A stretch of DNA of 53,611 bases. Source: Scyliorhinus canicula. Its lineage: Eukaryota. Shown here one piece after another: positions 34,412-46,689 of the stretch; the first letter of the stretch is position 1, and each line of letters opens with the position of its first letter. The notes beneath the pieces were generated by a model that saw only the letters and a list, made by a program, of their open reading frames with translations, had not been told where the DNA came from and did no database searches. The stretch spans positions 310,001-363,611 of the forward strand of contig NW_024055760.1 of the NCBI RefSeq assembly GCF_902713615.1. Direction: 5' to 3'. The translations under genes and the position numbers were made by a program.

Positions 34412-34785
34412 CAGCCGTGTGTATGATCAACAAGATGCATTGCAGTAACTCACCAAGGTTCCTTAGACAGCACCTTCCAAACCCACAACTACTACCATCT
34501 AGATTCTAGAAGGACATGAGCAACAGACACCGGGAAACCCATCACCTGGAGGTTCACCAAGTCATTCAGTGCCTTGATATTGAAATATATCACCGCTCCT
34601 TCACTGTCACTGGAGCAACATCTTGGAACTACCTCCCTGGCAGCACAGTGGGTGTACCTACACCTCATTGACAGCAGCGGTTCAAGAAGGCAACTCACCA
34701 TCACCATCTGATGGGCAACTAGGAATGAGTAATAAATGCTGGCCTAGCCAGCGACGCCCACATCCCATAAAAATGTAATAAAAAA
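34412..34785 (+). mobile_element. CR1/L2-group LINE 3' end
   Basis: KMHCSNSPRFLRQHLPNP-like remnant and tail aataaatgctggcctagccagcgacgcccacatccc. Confidence 0.7.
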
Positions 34786-34794
34786 TATATATCC

Positions 34795-35354
34795 GCTGCT
34801 CCTGTCCTTCTAGATGGTAGTGGCTGCATGCCTGAGTGTGTGTGTGTGTGTGTGTGTGTCAGTCAGTCTGCTCCTGTCCCTCTAGATGGTAGCGGCTACA
34901 TGCCTGAGTGTGTGTGTGTGTGTGTGTGTGTCAGTCAGTCTGACCCTGTCCCTCTAGATGGTAGCGGCTACATGCCTGAGTGTGTGTGTCTGTGTGGGTG
35001 TGTCAGTCAGTCTGCTCCTGTCCTTCTAGATGGTAGTGGCTGCATGCCTGAGTGTGTGTGTCTGTGTGGGTGTGTCAGTCAGTCTGCTCCTGTCCCTCTA
35101 GATGGTAGTGGCTGCATGCCTGTGTGTCTGTGTGGGTGTGTCAGTCAGTCTGCTCCTGTCCTTCTAGATGGTAGTGGCTGCATGCCTGAGTGTGTGTGGG
35201 TGTGTCAGTCAGTCTGCGCCTGTCCCTCTAGATGGTAGCGGCTACATGCCTGAGTGTGTGTGTCTGTGTGGGTGTGTCAGTCAGTCTGCTCCTGTCCCTC
35301 TAGATGGTAGTGGCTACATGCCTGAGTGTGTGTCTGTGTGGGTGTGTCAGTCAG
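34795..35354. repeat. Minisatellite of about 8 copies (roughly 62-72 bp) with embedded (GT)n
   Basis: Unit gctcctgtcc(t/c)tctagatggtag(t/c)ggct(g/a)catgcctga(gt)n..gtcagtcagtct. Confidence 0.92.
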
Positions 35355-35389
35355 TGTGTGTGGGGGTGTCTGGTGTGTTCTTGATGTCA

Positions 35390-35930
35390 GGGTATCTGCT
35401 GATTCTGTTCTTCTAGATGGTCGTGGTCGTTGGTTTGGAAGGTGCTGTCTCAGGAGTCTTAGTGAGTTCCCGCAGTGCATCTTGTAGATTGTACATCCAC
35501 TGCTACTACTGAGCGTCAGTGGTGGAGGGAGTGAATGTTTGTGGAAGGGGTGCCAACCAAGTATGCTGCCTTGTCCTGGATGGTGTTGAGCTTCTTGAGT
35601 GTTGTTGGAGCTGCACTCATCCAGGTAAGTGGTGAGCATTCCAACACACTCCTGACTTATACCTTGTCGATGGTGGGCAGGCTTTGGGGAGTCAGGAGGT
35701 GAGTTACTCGCCACTGAATTCCTATCTTCTGACCTGCTCTTGCAGCCACACTATTTATATGGCTAGTCCAGTTCAGTTTCAGGTCAATGGTCACCCACCC
35801 CCAGGATGTTGATAGTGGGGGATTCAGTGATGGTAATGCCATTGCATGTCAAGGCATGATGGTTAGATTGTCTCTGATTGGAGATGGCACTTGTGTGGCA
35901 CACATTTACTCGGCACTAGTCAGCCCAAGC
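35390..35930 (-). mobile_element. CR1/L2-group LINE RT C-terminal fragment
   Basis: Reverse strand GVTIDLKLNWTSHIN and CTIYKMHCGNSLRLLRQHLP. Inverted relative to 34412-34540. Confidence 0.75.
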
Positions 35931-36273
35931 CTGTATATTTTGTCTGACATCCCAAAACATTTCATGGGAGATGCTATCATTTAACACTGGAAGGATTTTA
36001 TAGAGCAAATGTGACCAAAAACCTGGTCAAAGAAGTAGGAATTAAGGAGTATCCAAAGGAGGAAAATGAGGTGGAGGTATTTAGGGAAGGAATTCCAGAG
36101 TTTACTGACTCTCCTCACAGTGGAAACGTTTTCTTCCGATCTACCCGCAGAAACCTCTCATCATTTTGATCACCAGCAATAACTTTCCCTCTAACCTTCT
36201 CTGCTGTGAGGAAGGAAATCCCAACGTCTCCAGTCTGTCTACAAAACTGAAACCCCTCAACCTTGGTACCGTT

Positions 36274-36356
36274 CTGAAGAAGGAGCCGTGCTCCGAAAGC
36301 TCGTGTTTGAAACAAACCTGTTGGACTTTAACCTGGTGTTGTAAGACTTCTTACTG
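36274..36356 (+). mobile_element. Penelope-like family 1 fragment with intact hammerhead core
   Basis: CTGAAGA-a-GGAGC cgt GCTCC-GAAA-gc-TC-gtg. Confidence 0.7.
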
Positions 36357-36359
36357 AGC

Positions 36360-36630
36360 ATAATCAAAGATTACTCCCTTTGGGCAAGAGATACAAAGGT
36401 CTGAGATCACGTATTAACAGATCCAAAAACAGCTTCTTGAACGCTGTGATCACACTCCTAAATGACCCTCTTATGGACTGATCTGATCTCTCCACGAACT
36501 TCTCGACTGAGTAGTGCTGCACTCCGTATGCTTCACCCGATGTTTGTGTCTATGTATTTACATTGTGTATCTGTTGTATATCCTCTGTTTTTCAACTAAG
36601 GAATGATCTGTCTGGATTGTACGCAGAACA
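36360..36630 (+). mobile_element. Rex1/Babar-type LINE 3' end
   Basis: GKRYKGLRSRINRSKNSF remnant, with a 3' UTR related to 46690-47000. Confidence 0.6.
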
Positions 36631-36632
36631 AG

Positions 36633-37253
36633 GGGTTGGATTCTCCGATCCCTGACACCGAAATCGCGTTCGGCGACAGGGAGGAGAATCTCTTTTGACG
36701 CCGAATTCGGGGTCGGCACCGGTTTTCTGATGCTCTGCCCCTGAAAATCGGTGTATTCTCGGAGTATGCCGCATGGCCTGAGGCCATTGCCTGAGGACCG
36801 CCCCGCGATGCTCCGTCTCCGACTGGCCGAGTTCCCAACAACGTCGGATTCTCATGGTTCCAGCCGCTCGGGAACCTTGCATCCTATTCAGTCAGGGGAG
36901 GGCCGATCTGCGGGCAGGGGGGGCTTCAATTGGGATTGGGAGCCCTGGGGGGGGGGGGGGGGGGGGGGTCTGCAGCATGCGAGCAGCCAAAGTGGATACT
37001 ACTTTTGCGGTCCGGGTCCGCGGGCATAGTCTGCCTTGAAGCACGGCGAGGCCGCTGCTGGCCTCACCCTGCGCATGCGTGGCCACAGATCTTGCAATCC
37101 TCCAGGCCGTATCAAAAACTAGAGATGGGACCTATACGCTGCCAGCCCCCAGCCCCCCTCCCCCGGAGCAGGGAATCGGTGGCTGTTTTGTGCCAATTTT
37201 CCTGGCGTAAAACGCCAACACTTGCACACTGGTGTGGGAACTTGGTCCAGCCC
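36633..37253. mobile_element. GC-rich non-autonomous DNA element (MITE, possibly Harbinger-like)
   Basis: Imperfect termini GGGTTGGA..TCCAGCCC, high CpG content, internal ggattctcc/ggagaatc motifs and a poly-G tract. Confidence 0.5.
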
Positions 37254-37424
37254 AATACTTATCATTGTACCTCAATGAAAATTAATTTATGTTCCCCTTC
37301 GTTCTGGTTTATAATTGAGGGCCTGCACATTTGGGTTTCTGTATAATTTTCATCCCATCCATCCAATCTTCACATCATAGCAAACAAAAATCACTATTCA
37401 CTAATTGGGATGATGAATGGCGTG

Positions 37425-37840
37425 TTTATTACCCGGCATTCCCCGAGGTGGTGAATCTCCCCGATCGACACCGCAGGACAGCAGTGCGCAGGCGCATTGC
37501 GTGGGAGTAGTTAGAGCATTCGCAGTGTGTGATGGCGCCTGGGAAAGAGACGCTTCTTTGTCTCCTGGGCAGCGGGTAAGGATGTGGAAATCCGAACGAA
37601 GCGATAGAGCCAGCTCTGGAGGGAGAGAATTTTTAAACACCGCGTGAAGGTCCTAAACCAGGAATACGTACCTGTAGGTCCTGCATTTCCAGCTTCGGGT
37701 CTTTTTCCCGATAACAGGCCCAGTTTAACGGCCGCCATCTTGATTCAGATGGAGCAATGCGCATGCGCGGTGACGTCATTAATGGGCGGGGCTTCATGGT
37801 CTATTCCAGGCCAGGTCCTAGTGCCCAAGGCAACTAAAAC
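37425..37840. promoter_or_regulatory. CpG-rich bidirectional promoter module between ZNF 33666(-) and 39378/41357(+)
   Basis: ttacccggcattccccg (ZNF143-like), tgcgcatgcgc (NRF1), gccgccatctt (YY1), tgacgtca (CRE) and gggcgggg (Sp). Confidence 0.72.
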
Positions 37841-37996
37841 CGAGGCTGCAGTGTCCCTCAGCTTGATTCATTTATTTGTTAAGTTAAAAGGATGGTCTCT
37901 TTCCTAATGTTCCCAACTAAAGGGCTGGTTTCCGCAGGAGATGGCTGACGTTTCAGGGACAGTAAATTAATATTGGGCAGAGGTATATCTAATGTA

Positions 37997-38400
37997 GCGG
38001 CATGGTCGCACAGTTACTTCACATCGCCAGGGACCTGGGTTTGATTCCCACATGGGTAACTGTCTGTGCGGAGTCTGCACGTTCTCCCCGTGTCTGCGTG
38101 GTTTCCTCCCGGTGCTCCGGTTTCCGCCCACAAGTCCCGAAACATGTGCTGTTAGGTAATCTGGGCATTCAGAATTCTCCCTGTGTACCCAAACAGGCGC
38201 CGGAATGTGGCGACTAGCGGCTTTTCACAGTAACTTCATTGCAGTGTTAATGTGAGCCTACTTGTGACAATAAAAAAGAATATGAAATGAAAAAATTAAA
38301 TGAAAATGGCTTATTGTCACGAGTAGGCTTCAATGAAGTTACTGTGAAAAGTCTCTAGTCGCCACATTCCGGCGCCTGTCCGGGGAGGCTGGTACGGGAA
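37997..38400. mobile_element. Chimeric V-SINE with type-B tail (+, to about 38275) abutting an inverted type-B SINE 3' part (-)
   Basis: V-core followed by aacaggcgccggaatgtggcgactag..cttgtgacaataaa, then an inverse copy at 38285-38400. Confidence 0.75.
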
Positions 38401-39059
38401 CCTCACCACAGAGTCACTCATGGAAACACTGAAGGTTAGTCTTTGGATTTCTCTGCCACGGGGAGCAGCGAAGTCTGGGGGTCATTGATTATATTCAAAC
38501 ACAGGTTCGACAGATATTTGATGGAAAATGGAGTTCAGGGTTATGGAGTTCAGGCAGGAAAATAGAGAGAAAGCTGAGATGAGGAGGGACTTCTTCACTC
38601 AAGGATGTGGTGAAGCTTTGGAATTCTCTATCCCAGAAGAATGTGGAGCCTGAGTCATCAAGTATGTTCAAGACAAATATTGATAGGTTTCTAGATATTG
38701 AAGATATTGAGGGATATGGGGATCGTGTGGGAAAATGGTGCTGAGGTAGATCGGCCAAGGATCTCATTGAATGGTTGAGCAGATTCGGTGGGCCGAATGG
38801 CCTACTCTTGCACCTATTATAATCTCTGTGTCCTGGTTAGGAAGCAGTGAGTTGAGCTTGGATCTGTCAATCAACATGAATCAGCACCTTCAGGAGAATT
38901 GGGAGGGTGAATATTAGATACAGCAGAGTGAGAATGGAGGGAGATTCTGCACGATGGAGATTTACGAGAGAGGAAATAATGTTCCATAGGAACTAGAATT
39001 GTCTGTTCTGAATTTTTATCCTGTACTAACAATAATGACTTTTGTTAATTGTTTTTAAA

Positions 39060-39599
<540 letters not shown>

Positions 39600-39770
39600 T
39601 GAGCTGGAGCAAACTCTTCACCATCATTGTCAGCTCTCTGGTTTGCAGCTGCAGAGCTTCTCCCTCCCTCCCGGGAACAGGCCCAGGTTAACGGGCACTA
39701 TCCTGCTTCACACACTGGAGGGTGGTTCACATCACAGGACGGGGTGGGGGGATAATAAATAAGAGCTGAC

Positions 39771-40150
39771 ACTTTGCACTCAAATCAATGAGAAATCTGG
39801 CAAGGAAGGAAACCCTGGCAGGTGGGCGGGGAGGATTCACAAACACCCGCTGGAGGCCCCAAACCCCTAATAAGACCCATTGATTTTATTGTCAGACTGC
39901 AGACAGGAGCTGGAGAACTGGACCCAGGCAGAGGAGAGGGAGGGAGAAAACTGGGAGTGGAGGAAAGAAATGGTGCAGATGGTGAGATGGGTTTGGATTT
40001 CAGCCCAGGGAGAGGAAGAGTGTGTGGGACGGGGATTTACAGCTTTGGGGGAACAAGAGAGGAAAAAATGTTCCAGAGAAACTAGAATTGCCTGATCAGA
40101 ATTTCTATCCTGGATTGACAGTGATGGCTTTTGTAAACTCCTTTTACAGG
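39771..40150 (+). other. Small upstream exons of the 41357 gene
   Basis: Direct paralog of 2323-2700 with the same splice signals. Confidence 0.65.
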
Positions 40151-40604
40151 GGATTAGAATTGGAGAATTTGCACATAACAAACTGTCTCTGCGATTTCTA
40201 TCCTGCATTGATAGTGATGACTTTTGTAACATGAGAGATTACAGCTCTCAGGAAAGATTAAATGGAGAGGGGCGATGTGAGAGAGTGAACATCAACAACC
40301 AACAAGTCATAAATACAAGATAGTTATGAAGACAAAATTATTTATTTATGATTCAGAATGTGCAACTCATTACCGTGCAAAGCAGTTGAGGAAAGTGCTG
40401 AGATGTTTTCAAAAGGAACGCGACAAGCACATGAGAGAAAATGGAATCGAAAATCAGCTGAAAGGTTGAAATGAGATAGGTGTGACAGTCGGACATGTGT
40501 GCCGAGTATTGACAGCAGCAGAATCTGTGATAGAATGGCCTGTTTGTGTCTTATACATACACAGTATTTCAATGTAATCTTTTTTCATTTTCAATGTAAT
40601 CTCC

Positions 40605-40800
40605 GGGGCTGGTTTAGACTACTGGGCTAAATCACTGGCTTTTAAAGCAGGCCAAGGCTGGCCAGCAGCACGGTTCAATTCCCGTACCAGCCTCTCCGAA
40701 CATGCGCTGGAATGTGGCGGTTAGGGGCTTTTCACAGTAACTTCATTGAAGCCTACATGTGACAATAAGAGATTTTCATTGCATTTTTCATTTCATTTTT
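40605..40800 (+). mobile_element. Type-B SINE
   Basis: Head and (TTTCA)n tail. The tail abuts the tttttacag acceptor of the finger exon. Confidence 0.85.
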
Positions 40801-41356
40801 ACAGAATATTTGCAGATGCAAACATCATGTCGAGATCTGACAGAGTCACTTGATTCATCAGGACCGGCCTTTCAACGTGGAAGGAGAAATGTTTGTCTGT
40901 TTTGTCTTTAGGAAAAAATTTCAAAAATCACTGTGATTGGAAAAGCACCGAGACACAGACATCGAAGTAATTTTCCAGTCAGCTGGAACTGAGCTTTTTT
41001 TAAAAAAAATTTTTTTTATTCAAATTCTCACAAAATATCAATAACAGAAAATACTAAGAACAGAAAGACCAACCCCCCCCCCCCCCCCCCATACAAAAAA
41101 GAAGCAATAAATTAACGGGAACTGAGCTTTAACCAATCACAAAGCATGAAATTAAATTGCAGCATTTACATCAGGGAGACACCGTACTCAGGCTTCAACT
41201 GATGATCCAAGTTGGAGAGACATAAGGACATTCGCAACAAAGGAGTGAAGAAGCAGCAATAGGACATTCAGCCCCGTGAGCCTGTTCCACCATTTAATAA
41301 CATCACGGCTGATCTGATAGTGACCTCAAATCTGCATCCCACCTGCACCTGATAAC

Positions 41357-42727
41357 ATGTCGATAACTACCAAGAAACCGTGGATATGTGGGCACTGTGG
41401 GATGGGATTCAATTACCCATCTGAATTGGAAACTCATCGACGTATTCACATTGGGGAAAGGCCATTCACTTGCTCCGTGTGTGGGAAGGGATTCACTCGG
41501 TCATCAGACCTCCTGAGACACCAACTTGTTCATACTGATCAGAGACCGTTTAAATGTGCTGACTGTGAGAAGAGCTTTAAACGCAGAAAGGATTTACTGA
41601 TACATCAACGCACTCACACTGGGGAGAGGCCATTCACCTGTTCCGTGTGTGGGAAGGGATTCACTCAGTCATCAGACCTCCTGACACACCAACTTGTTCA
41701 TACTGACCAGAGACCGTTTAAATGTGCTGACTGTGGAAAGAGCTTTAAAAGCAGAAAGGATTTACTGTTACATCAACGCACTCACACTGGGGAGAAGCCA
41801 TTCACCTGTTTGGAATGTGGGAAGGGATTTAATGATATGTCAAACCTCCGGGCTCACCGTCAGGTTCACTCTGACCAGAGACCATTTAAATGTGCTGACT
41901 GTGGAAAGAGCTTTAAACGCAGAAAGGATTTACTGACACATCAACGCATTCACACTGGGGAGAGGCCATTCACCTGCTCCGTGTGTGGGAAGGGATTCAC
42001 TCAGTCATCAGACCTCTTGAGACACCAACTTGTTCATACTGATCAGAGACGTTTGAAATGTGCTGACAGTGAGAAGAGTTTTAAAAGCAGCAAGGATTTA
42101 CTGACACATCAATGCATTCACACTGGAGAGAAGCCATTCACCTGCTCCGTGTGTGGGAAGGGATTCACTCGGTCATCATCCCTCCTGGAACACCAACTTG
42201 TTCATACTGATCAGAGACCGTTTAAATGTGCTGACTGTGAGAAGAGTTATAAAAGTAAAAAGAATTTACTGAGACATCAACACACTCACACTGGGGAGAG
42301 GCCATTCACCTGCTCCGTGTGTGGGAAGGGATTCACTCAGTCATCAATCCTCCTGAGACACCAACTTGTTCATTCTGATCAGAGACCTTTTAAATGTGCT
42401 GACTGTGAGAAGAGCTTTAAACGTGAAAAGAATTTACTGGTACACCAACGTACTCACACTGGGGAGAGGCCATTCACCTGCTCCGTGTGTGAAAAGAGAT
42501 TCACGTGTTCATCCAAACTTCTGCAACACCAGCGAGTTCACACTGGGCAGAGGCCATACTCTTGCCCCGTGTGTGACAAGAAATTTACTCAGTCATCCCA
42601 CCTGACCAAACACCGACTTGGTCACACTGATCAGAAACCTTTTAAATGTTCTGACTGTGAAAAAAGATTTAAAAGTAAACCAAATCTGCTGAAACACCGG
42701 CGAGTTCACACTGAAACAGAATCATAG
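41357..42727 (+). CDS. C2H2 zinc-finger protein, 16 fingers (one degenerate), built from a repeated di-finger unit
   Basis: 456-aa ORF with alternating FTCSVC..HQLVHTDQRP and FKCADC..HQRTHTGERP fingers. Confidence 0.92.
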   Translation: MSITTKKPWICGHCGMGFNYPSELETHRRIHIGERPFTCSVCGKGFTRSSDLLRHQLVHTDQRPFKCADCEKSFKRRKDLLIHQRTHTGERPFTCSVCGKGFTQSSDLLTHQLVHTDQRPFKCADCGKSFKSRKDLLLHQRTHTGEKPFTCLECGKGFNDMSNLRAHRQVHSDQRPFKCADCGKSFKRRKDLLTHQRIHTGERPFTCSVCGKGFTQSSDLLRHQLVHTDQRRLKCADSEKSFKSSKDLLTHQCIHTGEKPFTCSVCGKGFTRSSSLLEHQLVHTDQRPFKCADCEKSYKSKKNLLRHQHTHTGERPFTCSVCGKGFTQSSILLRHQLVHSDQRPFKCADCEKSFKREKNLLVHQRTHTGERPFTCSVCEKRFTCSSKLLQHQRVHTGQRPYSCPVCDKKFTQSSHLTKHRLGHTDQKPFKCSDCEKRFKSKPNLLKHRRVHTETES

Positions 42728-43040
42728 AATTTACAGTGCAGAAGGAGGGCATTCGGCCCATCAATTGCGGCCCTTGGAAAGAGCACCTTACTTAAGCCCA
42801 TACCTCCAACCTAACCCATCACCCCACCTATCCTTTTTGGACACAAAGGGCAATTTAGCATGGCCAATCCACCTGATCTACACATTTTTGGACTTGTGGG
42901 AAGAAACTGGAGCACCCGGAGGAAACCCATGCAGACATGGGGCGAACGTGCAGACTCCGCACAGACAGTGAGCCAAGCCGGGAATTCTGGGACCCTGGAA
43001 CTTTGAAGCACCAGTGCTAACCAATGTGCTACCATGTGGT
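42714..43040 (-). mobile_element. HE1 SINE inserted in the last linker of the 41357 gene
   Basis: cacACTG[insert]ACTGgggagagg. The insert supplies the TAG stop. Confidence 0.88.
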
Positions 43041-43391
43041 ACTGGGGAGAGGCTGTTCAACTGCTCCGTATGTGCTTCAAGTTCACAGACAACAGCAGGG
43101 TTTGGATTCAGCTGTTGTTGCTGCTGTTAGTCACATCCGGGACTGAATGATGCCTGGACGTCTGTTTCCAGTGGGGCTCCACAGTTTTCCGGTATATATC
43201 AATGATTTAGACTGAAATGTATGCACCAGGATTATACAGAAGTTGCTGATGTGTTTTAGACAATGAGGGAGAAAGCCATGGACTGGGTCAGGTGGACAGA
43301 AAAGTGGTAAATGGAAATTTAGATAATGATAATAAGGTCACTTCAGGATAATGGACAAAACTGATTGGTGGGGAATCTACAAGTAATAATT

Positions 43392-43620
43392 TTAAAAAAA
43401 AAGTTGAGTACCCAATTATTATTATTTATTTTTCCAAGTAAGGGGCAATTCAGCCTGGCCAATCCACCTAACCTGCACATTTTTGGGTTGTGGGGGTGAA
43501 ACCCATGCAGACACGTGAAGAATGTGCAAACTCCATACGGACAGTGAACCAGGACCGGGATTCAAACCCGGGTCCTCTGCGCTGTATTCCCATTGCTAAC
43601 CACTGCTCCACGTGCTGCCC
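43392..43620 (-). mobile_element. V-SINE variant with A-rich tail
   Basis: Family motifs as in the copies above. Confidence 0.8.
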
Positions 43621-43789
43621 TAGCTACAAATAATTCTAATAACTTTATTGAACAGTTCTCAAATGGAAAGGCACTTGACCACATTAAAACTAAGGATCTG
43701 CAATAGACGTTTGATTGAGCAAGTCATATTGGGGACATTACAAACAGATCGCATTCATTGAAAAGTGATTAGAAAAAGAAGCAATGCTG

Positions 43790-44925
43790 AGCAAGGCTAG
43801 GAGAGTGGGCAAAGAAGTGGCAGATGGAATACAATATGGAAAAGTGTGAGGTTATGCACTTTGGAAGGAGAAATCGAGGCATAGACTATTTTCTAAATGG
43901 GAAAATGCTGAGGAAATCAGAAGCAGAAAGGGACTTGGGAGTCCTTGTTCAAGATTCTCTTCAGGTTAACGTGCAGGTGCACTGCAGCCTCACGGCGCCG
44001 AGGTCCCAGGTTCGATCCCAGCTCCGGGTGACTGTCTGTGTGGAGTTTGCACATTCTCCCCGTGTTTGGGTGGGTTTCGCCCCCACAACCCAAAGATGTG
44101 CAGGGTACGTGGATTGGCCAGGCTAAATTGCCCCTTAATTCGAAAAATGAATTGGGTTCTCTAAAAGAAAATGTTTTAATGTAAAAACAAAAGGTTAATG
44201 TGCAGGTTCGGTCGGCAGTTAGGAAGGCAAATGCAATGTATCCATGGCTAGAATACATGTGCTTCTGAGGCTACATAAGGCCCTTATCAGACCCCATTTG
44301 GAGTATTATGAGCAGTTTTGGGCTCCGTATCTAAGGAAGGATGTGTTGGCCTTGGAAAGGGTCCAGAGGAAGTTTACAAGAATGATCCCTGGAATGAAGA
44401 GCTTGTCATGTGAGGAACGGTTGAGGACTCTGGGTCTGTACTCGTTGGAGTTTAGAAGGATATGGGTGGATCTTATTAAGACTTGCAGGATACTGCGAGG
44501 CCTGGGTAGAGTGGACATGGAGAAGATGTTTCCACTTGTAGGGAAAACTAGAAGCAGAGGACACAATCTCAGACTAAATGGGCGATCCTTTAAAACAGAG
44601 TAAGAAGTCTTGCAACACCAAGTTAAAGTCCAACAGGTTTGTTTCGCCTCACTACCTTTAGCGGCACAGTTCCTTCCTCAGGTGATGAGGAGGAGTTTCT
44701 TCAGCCAGAGGATGGTGAATCTGTGGAACTCTTTGCCACAGAATGTCATGGAGGCCAAATCACTGAGTGTCTTTAAGGTAGAGATAGATAGGTTCTTGAT
44801 TAAGAAGGGGATCAGGGGTTATGGGGAGAAGGCAGGTGAATGGAGATGAGAAAATATCAGCCATGATTGAATGGCGGAGCAAATTCGATGGGCCGAGTGG
44901 CCTAATTCTGCCCCTATATCTTATG
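43790..44925 (+). mobile_element. CR1/HER1 3' portion with a nested V-SINE variant (about 43980-44190) and a Penelope-like fragment (44600-44684)
   Basis: Matches 23380-24215. The SINE is flanked by a duplicated aggttaa(c/t)gtgcaggt. Confidence 0.88.
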
Positions 44926-45264
44926 ATGTGAAGAAAAACATTCTGTGCTGCATGTGGGATCATGAATGCACTGCTCGAAAATGTGGTAGAGGCAGATTCA
45001 ATTGATACCTTGAAAACAGAATTGGACAACTATCTGTTGCTATCAGATCAGCCATGACCTTATTAAATGGTGGAGCAGACTGGGCTGAATAGCCAACTCC
45101 AGCTCCTTGGCCATCTGTTCGTATCTTTTCAGAAGAAAAATTTCTGCAGAGTTCAGGGCCAATGACAGGGGATTGTGACTGTTGCAGAAGGTTGGCACAG
45201 ATACAATTTGTTCAGTGCCTTTGTTTTGTGCTGTCACCTTTCTATGCCACTGTGTTACATAGAG

Positions 45265-46620
45265 CATAGAACAGTACAGCACAGAACAGGCCCTTCGGCC
45301 CTCGATGTGCCGAGCATTGTCCGAAACCAAGATCAAGATATCCCACTCCCTGTCATTCTGGTGTGATCCATGTGCCTCTCCAACAACCGCTTGGAAGTTC
45401 CTAAAGTGTCTGACTCCACTATCTCAGCAGGCAGTCCATTCCGCACTCTGACCACTCTCTGAGTAAAGAACCTACCTCGGATATCCCTCCTATATTTCGA
45501 GGGCAGCACGGTAGCATAGTTGTTAGCACAATTGCTTCACAGCTCCAGGGTCCCAGGTTCGATTCCCGGCTGGGTCACTGTCTATGTGGAGTCTGCACGT
45601 TCTCCCCGTGTGTGCGTGGGTTTCCTCCGGGTGCTCCGGTTTCCTCCCACAGTCCAAAGATGTGCAGGTTAGGTGGATTGGCTATGCTAAATTGCCATTA
45701 GTCTAAAATTGCCTTTAGTGTTGGGTGGGGTTACTGGGTTATGGGGATAGGGTGAGGGCGTGGGCTTGGGTAGGGTGCTGTTTCCAAGAGCCGGTGCAGA
45801 CTCGATGAGCTGAATGGCCGCCTTCTGCGCTGTAAATTCTATATCTATATCTCCCACCCTGTATCTTATAGTTATGCCCCCCTGTAACAGCTACATCCAC
45901 CCGAAGAAATAGTCTCTGAACGTCCACTCTATCTATCCCCCTCACCAACTTATAAACCTCTATTAAGTCGCCTCTCATCTGCCTCCGCTCCAAAGAGAAA
46001 AGCCCTAGCTTGCTCAACCTTTCCTCAGAAGACCTATCCTGCAAACCAGGCAGCATCCTGGTAAATCTCCTTTGCACCCTTTCCAATGCTTCAACATCCT
46101 TCCTATAATGAGGTGACCAGAACATAGAACATTACAGCGCACTACGGGCCCTTCGGCCCTCGATGTTGCTCCGACCTGTGAAACCATCTGAAGCCTATCT
46201 GACTTGCACTATTCCATTTTCGTCCATATGTCTATCCAGTGACCACTTAAATGCCCTTAAAGTTGGCGAGTCTACTACTGTTGCAGGCAGGGCGTTCCAC
46301 ACCCCTACTACTCTCCGAGTAAAGAAACTTCCTCTGACATCTGTCCTATATCTACTACCCCTCAATACTCCAAATGGGTTTCAACAGGATCATGTATAGT
46401 TGCAGCATAGTTGCGGCTCTTAAACTCAAGCCCCCCGTTAATAAATGCTAACACACTATAAGCTTTCTTCACGGCTCTATCCACTTGAGTGGCAACCTTC
46501 AGAGATCTGTGGACATGAACCCCAAAATCTCTCTGTTCCTCCACATTCCTCAGAACCCTGCCATTGATCCTGTAATCTGCATTCAAATTTCTCCGACCAA
46601 AATGAATCACCTCGCACGTA
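45265..46620 (-). mobile_element. CR1-clade LINE 3' portion with a nested HE1 (45501-45842, +) and a second CR1 tail
   Basis: FWSPHYRKDVEALERVQRRFTRMLPG and QRDFGVHVHRSLK. Confidence 0.85.
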
Positions 46621-46689
46621 TCAGTGTTATGAGGGAAATGCAGTGCACCAATGTAAGAGAAGCAAATTGCTCCCTTGATATGGATTGGA

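Noticed and set aside
34795-35354. CRISPR-like array or Cys-rich repeat protein (ORF 34828-35238)
   Set aside because: The context is eukaryotic, the 'spacers' are just (GT)n variants, and the ORF is a by-product of the minisatellite.
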